This document shows, piece by piece, positions 9,113 to 18,466 of a DNA stretch of 20,000 bases. Source of the DNA: Thraustochytrium aureum (lineage: Eukaryota). Positions within the stretch are counted from its first letter, which is position 1; each line of letters starts with the position of its first letter. The notes beneath the pieces are model-generated. The model had not been told where the DNA came from. It worked only from the letters and a program-made list of their open reading frames with translations, and did not search any database. The stretch lies in contig BLSG01000397.1 of the NCBI GenBank assembly GCA_012862495.1, positions 132,103 to 152,102 of the forward strand, given 5' to 3'. The position numbers were made by a program, and so were the translations under genes.

Positions 9113-12100
9113 ATGGCGCTGGGCGGGCCCGCGTTCCCCGGGCTGGCGGAGGATGTGGCGCAGGCGCTGGTGCTGCGGTTTCGGTACGAGGCGCCGAGCA
9201 CGCGGCAGATGCGGCGCGACCTCCGGCTGGCCACGGCGCGCTGCGCGCTGACCTCCGCGCAGGCCGTGGGGCTCGTGGGCTGCTTCGCGGTGGGCGAGCG
9301 CGTGGATGCGCTTGAGGCCGTTCTGAACCAGCTGACCGACCTCGAAGGGGACGGGAACAAGGCCAGGCTCGTTGAACTGTTCAAAGGCGAGCACGCAGAG
9401 TACGTGGAGCGCATGCTGAGCGAGCGGCCTGCCGCTTCCCGGCCGCAGAGCCAGACTTCGTTCGCGTGCTGGCCGCTCTCCGTGTGGTCGGACGAGGAGC
9501 TGGCTGAGTTTAAGAGGTCGGTGGACCTGCGCGAGTCGCGGTCCAACGACCAGCGCAAGGTCCAGCTCGCTCTCGCGAACAAGATGGGGCTGGGCACCAG
9601 CAACAAGCAGTTGAGCGAGGTCTTGGAAGCTTTCGCGACGAGTGGGGCAGCGATCGCCGACGAGGACCGCGAAGGCCGAAGCGCCAAGCTGGGCGCCTTC
9701 CGCTCGCTCCTGGGGGCGCTCCGGCACGTCACGTACGGCTTGCTCTGTTGCGAGGCCAAAGCACTTTTTGACAGGCTCGCCGATTTGGACAGCGACCTGC
9801 TGCGGCCACTACTTGACCTGATCGCGGCCCGGCTGGAGGACCCCGAACAGCTCCCGCTTCTGCACCGCGCCGTTCGCAAGCTGCTCGGGGCCGAGGCCGC
9901 CGACGCGCTGAACGCGGCCTGCACCGGGCAAGCCGAGCTCCCCCACTCGCCGGTGTTTGGCAACTTGCTGGAGCGCAAGGCGCGAAACGTCGTGTTCCTT
10001 ATCGACACGTCCGCGTTCGGCAGCACCAAGACAACGGTAAACGACGGCGAGACGCTCTCTGTGCTGCGGCTCGCAGTCCGCGAGCTGACGCGCTTGCTGA
10101 AAGACCAGCTCGTTTGCTACAACGAAAGTGTGGCTGCCGCCCGCGAGCGAAGCGGGGGCCAGTACGACTCGTCAAACGAAAGCACGGGCCCCCGAAGGCG
10201 CCCAGGGTCGCGCGCAGGTGGCCCGTCGGCTTATTCGGCAGGGTTCCCCGCAGATCTCAGCGGCTCGAGCGAGAGCGCGGTCCGCCCTGCAAGCCTAGTC
10301 CAGACCGAAGCTGACCCTTGGCGCACCGCGCCATTTCGTTTCAACATCGTGGCCTTCAACGGCGAGGTTGCGGCCTGGAGTGAGCAGATGGAGCCCGCGT
10401 CGCGTGCAAATGTAAACAATGCTTGCCTGTTTCTCCGCCAGAGCAAGGCGGCGGGCGGGCGGGATCCGGCACTTGCAATACGATTCGTTCTTGACCGCAT
10501 TCACTCGCGCGAGTGGGCCGTCGATGAAATCGTCCCCGTGCTGTTTGGGCCGCCACAGGAGGTTGCCGGCTCGGACGGGCCGTCGGTGGAAGGGCCCGTT
10601 GAGCAGAGAGGTGGCGAGGCGGCGCCCAGCAGCGGCGGCAGCCATGACAGCTTGGCCGTGCATCGGCGAGTTGTTGATGAGGCGCTTTCACTCGTGGCGC
10701 GACGCATCCAAGAGGTCGACCCGATCGGAAATCAGCTCAATCTGGCTGTGCGGCCGGTGCTGCTGGTGGCCGCGCGGACCGAGCGCGCTCGGCTCCCGGA
10801 GGCGGCGCGATTTGTGCGAGAGCTTGCGCGGCACGGAAAGGACCGCGCCTGGCCTCGCATCTTGTCAATCAGCGACAGGTTCACCAAGGGCCACGACCTC
10901 GAAAAGGCCGCCGGCGAAGCCACGCCGCTAGACGTGCCAGAGTGGGTCTTGGCCCTCTGTCAGGCGTCGGCGCTGGCGTTCATGCTCGCGCTACTTGGGG
11001 TGGCCCCGCTCCTCGCTGGGTCTGTGTGGAGCCCGGCGGGGTGCAAGGACTTGTCAGCTATGTACCCACGCTACCTGGACATGGAGCCGAGCAGCTACCG
11101 CATGTGGCGCTTCGTCCTGTTCGGTTTTGCCAACCTCGTGCTCTTCATTTGCAGCCAGCGCAAGCTCCGCAAGGGCAGCGAGGGCCAGGCTCGCAGGCAA
11201 CGACTTATCCTTGTCACGACGCCGTACATTTGCCTCTACTGTGTCAGTACCCTGCTGGTGCTCTTCTTCTTCGTGCACAACCAGCTCGGGGCGGCGATCG
11301 TTTTTGCACTAGTTCAGATCGCGCTGCTCGGCCTGTTGCACGCTGGCGTGGTGGCTGGCCACCGCATCACGCCTTTTGCGGGAGCAACGCTGCGGCTCAC
11401 CGCCTCGCGGCCGTCATTCTGGGAGCCGCTAATGCTGCGCACCCCTGTTAGCGTGGGGCTGGCAATGGCCATCTACACGGTGCTTCAACTGCTGTTCATC
11501 CAGGTTATTGTCAAGCTGCGCCTTGGGTCGAGCCTCGAGTTTGTTGCAACTCTGCTCGCGCTGCTGCTGATTAGCGGCATCGCGGCATTTATGCTCGTCG
11601 AGCACAATGACGCTGCTTTTGCGGTGGCCACGATTTGGATCCTGATCAGCATCTCTCGAGCGCAGGGCTCTGTAGCGCTACACGTTCGGGAGCTCGTGGT
11701 GGGCACAAACGTTGAGCTCGTGGCGGGCGAGGCCATCCTACAAGCCCTCACTTTTACGATTTGCATCCTCCTGGGGCGCCGGGGCGCTCTACCAGCTGCA
11801 TCGAAGCCTCATCACCTTTGCGCTGCGACAGGTGTATGGCGCGGCAGCTCCTGTTGGACGAGTCTCGGGCGACGAGTCCCTTCGGTTGCAGTCGCTCAAC
11901 ATCGCCGCGTTCGTGGTCCTCGGCACTCTGTTTTGGGGCCGTATTGGGGTGATGGGCGAAGCACGCTGCTCTGTTACGCTGGACCGCGTGTTTCTGGGGG
12001 AAAATGACGTCCCAATCTTTCTCATGCTGCCGCGCTGGGCCTTCAAGGCCGCCTGGCCGATCGTGTACGCTTGGCAGGGCATATTTGTTGGATTGCAGAT

Positions 12101-13532
12101 CCTGCCAACCGAGGAACTCGTAATGACGACGCGGGAGCTCGCCGCCCGCAAGGCGGAGGACCGCAGCCTTGGGCGTAAGTCGGTCGTCAGCTGGAGCCCC
12201 GATGGACGCGTCCCTCTGCTCAGCTGGCGCTTTCGCCGCTTGATCGTCCGTAAGGTAGGCTACGGCTTTGTCGTCGCTTGCGCCCTGGAGGCCCTCTTCC
12301 TTGTGCTCTTCAACAACGAGGTCTTTGCCGGCGCGCTTTGCTGCATCGTGCTGCTGTTTGTGGTTGCACTGGCGGTCTATGTGCAAACCATGGGAGTGTC
12401 TGCCTACAACAGGCTTACGTGCTCGCGAATTTGTTGCTGCTCCTCCTTGCTCTCGTGCCCGCGCAAAAAACGCGCGGGTCGCGCGAGCGCGGGCGGGCCG
12501 CCGCCCGGGTCGGGGCAAGAGCACCTGGGGCGCGCAAAGCCGTGGCGAGTGGGCGAACAAGTGTGTTGCGTCTTGCACAGTGTGCTTGGGATTCGCAACG
12601 AATCGGAGGCTGACCGCCGCGCGAACGAAGGCGACTTTGCCGACTCTCTGAACGGAACCCCCGTGGTGCCGCCGGACCGGCTCGCCACCTGGACCGAGAC
12701 CGCGCTGGTTCGAGCCCCGTTCGGGTGCTACCTTGGGTGGCTCGGCTATCTCGTGGCGCTGAGCGCCAATGTAGTTGCGATCAGCAGCACGGAGGTGACC
12801 TTTGACCAGTTCTGGGGTCTCGCCCACCACTATTGGGTCGCGGTAGCTGCTGGTGGCCTCCTTGTGGCGGGCGCCGTTCTGTCCTATTTGGCTTCAAACG
12901 CGTTCGTGATGGTGGGCCTGGCGTGGGCCTTTGCGGGTCTGGCGGCCGCAAATTGGGCCGACGTCTGCTCGTCCTCGACCTACTCTGGCGTCTGGATGCG
13001 CCAGCGACCTGAGGAGCTCGGCGGAGGATTTTTCAAGCAATGGGCCACGCCTGTGGAGCAGTGCGCTGAGACGAGCGAGGGCACCTTTGTATTCGCGGCG
13101 GCAAGGTGCCGCCGTTTGCTCGGGTCGTGCGCTGCAGGGTCAGTTCCAGGGTTTGCGGAGTGGGGAAATGGGTCTTGCATAGAGGACCCCCTCGTTTGCC
13201 CGCTGCAGATGCTTGACATTGCGGCGTCGCCCACGACGGAGTACCTCGTGGGATGGATTGCCGTTCTGGCGACGTTTGGGTGCATTCTGCTGTTCTTCTG
13301 GGCGCTCTGCCTGACGCCCAGCCGCCGGCGCATCTTGCTGCACAACCGGCTCGCCAACAAGCGGAGCCGCGCGATGATGAAGTTTCCGGGCCATCCCCGC
13401 GAAGAGCAGGGCGGGCCTCGGCCCCCGCGCAGCGGGACAAGCGCAAGCAGATCTTCAAGCGGCACTAGCACCCACGCAGGGAGCCAGGATGCGTCGGAGG
13501 GCGTGCCTTTCAGGGCCGTGTCGGTCCTCTAA
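9113..13532 (+). CDS. Large polytopic membrane protein: DUF4476-like helical units + VWA domain + two tandem TspO-related multi-TM units (one apparent +1 frameshift at ~11773-11776)
   Basis: ORFs 9113-12007 and 11712-13532 overlap. Removing one G from CTGGGGCGCC gives continuous FTICILLGAGALYQLHRSL. VWA motifs: RNVVFLIDTS and RFNIVAFNGEVAAW...NVNNACLFLRQSKAAGG. Many hydrophobic helices follow from ~10940, with repeated motifs WEPLMLRTP / WTETALVRAPFGCYLGWL and DAAFAVATIWIL / NAFVMVGLAWAF. Confidence 0.8.
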
Positions 13533-13755
13533 CTGCTTGTACAGGACGGGGCGCCTGAGCCTCGGCGACCTGGGGGGCGATCTCTGGGTACAGCTGTTTC
13601 GCTTTGGGAGGCTCTGCTGCAGCGCGAAGGCTCGTGCTCTGCTGGCCGGCCAGGCTGTTCTCTGAAGCGAGGACCGAGCTATGGCACGGGGCAAGTGCTG
13701 CCGCAGGAGGTGCATGCACAGAGCATGCAGATCCCTCAGCAGCTTGACAGTTGGA

Positions 13756-13840
13756 GTGCCAAGAGCTGCCCGGAGTTTGGGTCGAGAGCAGCGACGGTGC
13801 CAAGAGCTGCGCGGAGTTTGGGTCGAGAGCAGCGACGGTG
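13756..13840. repeat. 41-bp tandem duplication (2 copies, 1 mismatch) in a convergent intergenic region
   Basis: GTGCCAAGAGCTGC[C/G]CGGAGTTTGGGTCGAGAGCAGCGACG at 13756-13796 and 13797-13837, followed by GTG. Confidence 0.95.
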
Positions 13841-14098
13841 GCTGGCTCGGTCATCTGGACCAAGCGACGCGCATACGAGGAGTGTCTAAAAGCGCTCTTG
13901 CCTCGCTTTGGCGGCGGGCGGTCTTTCATAAACGCAAGTAAGGATCAAAGGATTCATGTAGATAATTCCCTTGCGCCGTTGTGAAGGCCCCAGGCAACAA
14001 CTGCGCGCTGCCCTGCCTTGTAAGTTAAGAACAATGCCGGCGCGCGCTTCGCGGCACGACCAAGCCAGAGGCCTCCCCTTGAGGTTACACTGGTCGCT

Positions 14099-17000
14099 TT
14101 ACTCGGACGCGCTACTTTCCTCCTCGCTCACAAACTCGTCCTCGACTTGCTGCTCGCGATCGTCTCGATCATCCTCCACCTCGTTGGCGGTCGGCCAGCT
14201 GTCAAGCGAGGCCTTGTCCTTCTTGGACTTTAGAGTCCGCGTCCGCTTGGGCTTTGCGACGACTTGGTCTTGCGACGACTTGCCCCGAGAAGCAGAAGCC
14301 GGGAGGCCCGCGCCCGTGGTGGACTCGGCCGTCTCCACGTGGTCGTACGCAGCGCAGCGGTCGGCAAGGCGAGCAGCGAAAGCTTGGGCTGCAGCGGGGT
14401 CTGCAGTTTGGCCCTCTGGGAGGGCGGCGTTCACCTTGGCGAGCCACCGCCCAAGCTGGCGGAGCGCAACCGCGTCGCCCTCAGCGAGCTCCTCCGCGGC
14501 ATTGCGGAGCACGGCGAGGCGCGCTGGCGGGGCCACCTCCTCCACCTTAGCCGCAGCGAGAACGCGCGCCAACGTTCTGGCGTTGGCGCTCGCTGCATCC
14601 GCAAGCAGCTCGGCAAGAAGCGCTTCGGCAAAGCTCGTGACCGCGTCGCCCGTCGAGAACGAGAGGAGGTAGACCAAGTACTGGAGCACTGCTTCACCGC
14701 TGACCTCCTCGAGGGGCGTCCCGGGCTGCGGGTTTGCAAGAGCGTGCAAGAGGGGCTCTGCAAGCTGCTCGATTGCCCGGCGGCCCGACTTTGTGCTCTC
14801 GGCGAGGATTGGGAAGCAAACGGCGAGGCACTGGCGGAGGCGCACGTCGCCCTCGGACGAAGGGTGAAAGTAGAGCACGAGGAGGCACTGCAGAACCCGC
14901 ATGTCAACGAGGCGGCCCACGACGGCGAGTTTCGCGAAACCCTCAGCAGCAACCAGCCGGAGTCCGGGCTCGTCGCTGTCCATGTACTCCAAAAGGCAAA
15001 ACATGAGCTCGTCGATCTGGCCTTGCGTGGCCTCCTCCAAGCGAGCGCCGTCGCCCGCGCCCCGGGCCTCGTCGAGCTCCTCGGCGGCAGCCAAGCCGTC
15101 ACTGGACGCGGAAGCGGCAACCGCGCTCATACCCCAGACCATGACCAGGTCAAACACGGCGCGCAGCGCATCCTGGCGGCCTCTGGATCCTCGTCCTCNN
15201 NNNNNNNNNNNNNNNNNNNNNNNNNNNNNNNNNNNNNNNNNNNNNNNNNNNNNNNNNNNNNNNNNNNNNNNNNNNNNNNNNNNNNNNNNNNNNNNNNNNN
15301 NNNNNNNNNNNNNNNNNNNNNNNNNNNNNNNNNNNNNNNNNNNNNNNNNNNNNNNNNNNNNNNNNNNNNNNNNNNNNNNNNNNNNNNNNNNNNNNNNNNN
15401 NNNNNNNNNNNNNNNNNNNNCTGGATCCTCGTCCTCTGCTGCAAGGACCATGAGGAAGGCGGGCATGCCGGCGCGCGCCTCCTCCGCCGAGAGCTGGCAT
15501 AGAAGCGCAAGGCATCGAAGCGCCATGTGCCGCTGCGCTGTCGAGTGTGTCTGCTGCAGCGCTGGAACAATGACGCGCTCCTTGAGCGACCGGACCTCCG
15601 CGATAAGGGCGGGCACGCGGATGAGGCCGAGCAGAGCTTGAGTGATCTGCAGCGCTCGCCCGGCTCGCCAGCGCTCAATGGCGCTGCCCTCCAGTTGCTT
15701 CTCGGCGTCGCCATCCGCGCATGACCGGGCCGCATCGCGGTGGCCTTGGTCTTCGAGCCTCCGGATCTGGCGCTTCAAGGACGCTGCGCCCTCGTAGTCC
15801 TCGGCTCGGAGGCACTGCTGCAGCTCGGCCTCGAGCCGCTCGCGGAGCACGAGGAGCTCCTCCTGCTCCCGAGCAGCCTTTGCATTTTCGTCCTCATACA
15901 AGGCGCCGTCGGGCGCGGCGCCAGCCTCGAGCGGCTCGAGGCAGTCAAAGACGATCGAGGCGGCCTGGCGCACAAAGCCCTCCTCGTCCGCAGCGTCGTA
16001 GAAGGAGCGCAGGAGCAGGAGCGCGGCCTTGACGACGGACGGCGAGGCGATGGCGCGGTCGTTCAGGAGGCGCACTGCCGTGGCGGTGGCGTTCTGCTGG
16101 CCGACCAGGTCGTGGCGCGCCTCGAGAATGGCTGCGATCTGCAAGAGCTGTTCGAGCACAAAGTGGGTGCGAAGGCGTGCGGCTTGCTCCTGCTCCTCGT
16201 CGCGGGCTGCCGCCCCCTGGGGCATTGCTTGGTGGGAGGCCTGGATCACGCTGCAGATGGAGCTGAGGTCGGGCACGAGCTCCTCGAGGTCTTCCTCGCG
16301 GCCCTGGCGGCGCAGGGCGCGGCAGTGGGCGAGCCAGAACACTGCTCCTTCCGGCGTGAGCGCGGCGGTGGGGTCACTGTCGAACCTGAACGAGGTGAGC
16401 TGCCAGAGCGCTGGAGGGCGCGGCCGCTTGGCCCAAGGCGTGGGCGCGCGCAAAGCAGGCGTCTAGAGCGAGGTGGACCGTTTCCGCGCTGGCTTCGACG
16501 TCCAAGAAGCGGACGAGCTCCAGCGGGTCGCCCTGCGCCAGCTGGGTCCAGTGGTCGCAGAGCATGTCCTCGCAGGCCTTGCGCACGTTCGGGTTTCGGT
16601 CTTTGAGGCCGTCGTTGAGGAGGTCGACGCGCTGGGAGATGCAGAGGCTGCGCACGTGAATGCGCTTGCCGAGCTGCTGGAAGGCGCAGACGCGCACGTC
16701 GGCCTTGGCGTCGCGTGTGCGCTGCACGACGGCTTTGGAGGGTCGCCTTGGTTATGACTATGGCACGAAGTGCGGCGATGCGGACTTGGGCGCTCGAGTC
16801 GCTGGTGATGAGGCTGGCGAGGGCTTTGCAGATTGGGTCCTTGCCTGCCGCGCAAAGGTCTGGGTCTTGCAGGCGCTCGAGGGCCAGCGCGGCGCGCGCC
16901 CTCACGTATGGCACCTTGTCGGCGAGTCGCGCGAGCATGCGCTCCTCGAGCTTGGCCCAGGTCGCCTCGGCGAGGAAAGCGCCGTCCTCGGGGAGAACTT

Positions 17001-17301
17001 GGAGGATTGCACCGACGAGTTGCGCGGACCGCATGCGCACCGACTTGTCGGGGTGCTGGCACTGGTCCAGGAGGTGGTCTATGACGCGCTCAGCGAGCTC
17101 GTTGCCCAGGAAGCACTCTTGCCCGCCGCTGCTCGCAGGGTCCCCGCTGGCGGAGCAGCATAGCGTGATGAAGTTGACGAGGCGCTCCACGGCGGGCTCG
17201 CGCTTCCAGACGGTTGAAACAGCGTCGACGAGGCCGACGACGACCTCTGCGCACCCCTGCGGGTCGGCTCCGCGCGGCCCTCGCCAGCTTCCGCGCGCCG
17301 T
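14099..17301 (-). CDS. NCAPG: Condensin I HEAT subunit CAP-G/Ycg1 (start codon hidden in the gap; apparent frameshifts near 16735, 16385 and at the 15199-15420 gap)
   Basis: WKREPAVERLVNF, DKSVRMRSAQLV, RLADKVPYVRARAALALERLQDP, DSSAQVRIAAL, RTRDAKADVR, ISQRVDLLNDGLKDR, LTPEGAVFW, ALRCLALLCQLS, ALRAVFDLVMVWG, AAEGFAKL and LRQCLAVCFP are CAP-G family motifs in the correct order. Stop TAA at 14101-14099. Confidence 0.95.
15199..15420. other. Assembly gap with overlapping flanks (probably zero true length)
   Basis: CTGGATCCTCGTCCTC occurs on both sides (15183-15198 and 15421-15436). Confidence 0.8.
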
Positions 17302-18070
17302 NNNNNNNNNNNNNNNNNNNNNNNNNNNNNNNNNNNNNNNNNNNNNNNNNNNNNNNNNNNNNNNNNNNNNNNNNNNNNNNNNNNNNNNNNNNNNNNNNNN
17401 NNNNNNNNNNNNNNNNNNNNNNNNNNNNNNNNNNNNNNNNNNNNNNNNNNNNNNNNNNNNNNNNNNNNNNNNNNNNNNNNNNNNNNNNNNNNNNNNNNNN
17501 NNNNNNNNNNNNNNNNNNNNNNNNNNNNNNNNNNNNNNNNNNNNNNNNNNNNNNNNNNNNNNNNNNNNNNNNNNNNNNNNNNNNNNNNNNNNNNNNNNNN
17601 NNNNNNNNNNNNNNNNNNNNNNNNNNNNNNNNNNNNNNNNNNNNNNNNNNNNNNNNNNNNNNNNNNNNNNNNNNNNNNNNNNNNNNNNNNNNNNNNNNNN
17701 NNNNNNNNNNNNNNNNNNNNNNNNNNNNNNNNNNNNNNNNNNNNNNNNNNNNNNNNNNNNNNNNNNNNNNNNNNNNNNNNNNNNNNNNNNNNNNNNNNNN
17801 NNNNNNNNNNNNNNNNNNNNNNNNNNNNNNNNNNNNNNNNNNNNNNNNNNNNNNNNNNNNNNNNNNNNNNNNNNNNNNNNNNNNNNNNNNNNNNNNNNNN
17901 NNNNNNNNNNNNNNNNNNNNNNNNNNNNNNNNNNNNNNNNNNNNNNNNNNNNNNNNNNNNNNNNNNNNNNNNNNNNNNNNNNNNNNNNNNNNNNNNNNNN
18001 NNNNNNNNNNNNNNNNNNNNNNNNNNNNNNNNNNNNNNNNNNNNNNNNNNNNNNNNNNNNNNNNNNNNNN
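17302..18070. other. Assembly gap covering the CAP-G start and part of the divergent intergenic region
   Basis: 769 N. Confidence 1.
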
Positions 18071-18466
18071 ACTCCTGCCAGTGATTACCTGGGTGGGTTG
18101 TGCAGCTTGTGTAAAGCTGTAGCGGTCGTTCTGGCGGAATAAATGGGACGCTCAAAACGATTCACGTTGCCTTGGGCATTAAAACAGGTGCAAATCATTT
18201 CTATCAAAAGTGTGCATGCACAAACTGCACCCGCTAGGCCTACCTCTAGTCTCAACTTGAAGTGCAGGTTGGCGAGCGACGCGGCATGGATGCCTGCATG
18301 CATGTGGCAGACACCGAACGAGGCTGGGCAGCGCACATTGCGAGACACGGGCAAGCAGGTTGGCAAGCAGCAGAGTACTCGGGCAGGCAGCGAAGCGCCA
18401 GGCGGACGCGCAACCGGGCACAGCTGAGGCCGCGTCGTTTCAAGCCCGTCAGAAGCGCGCTCGAGA

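Noticed and set aside
13756..13840. CRISPR-like repeat
   Set aside because: Only two abutting copies, no spacers, no cas genes, eukaryotic context.
17255..17301. Possible further +1 frameshift in the CAP-G N-terminus (GARKLARAA frame)
   Set aside because: Both frames are open up to the gap, so this cannot be decided.
14099..17301. Pseudogene call for CAP-G or VPS13
   Set aside because: No nonsense codons apart from those caused by the frameshifts, motifs are well conserved, and assembly artefacts are evident nearby.
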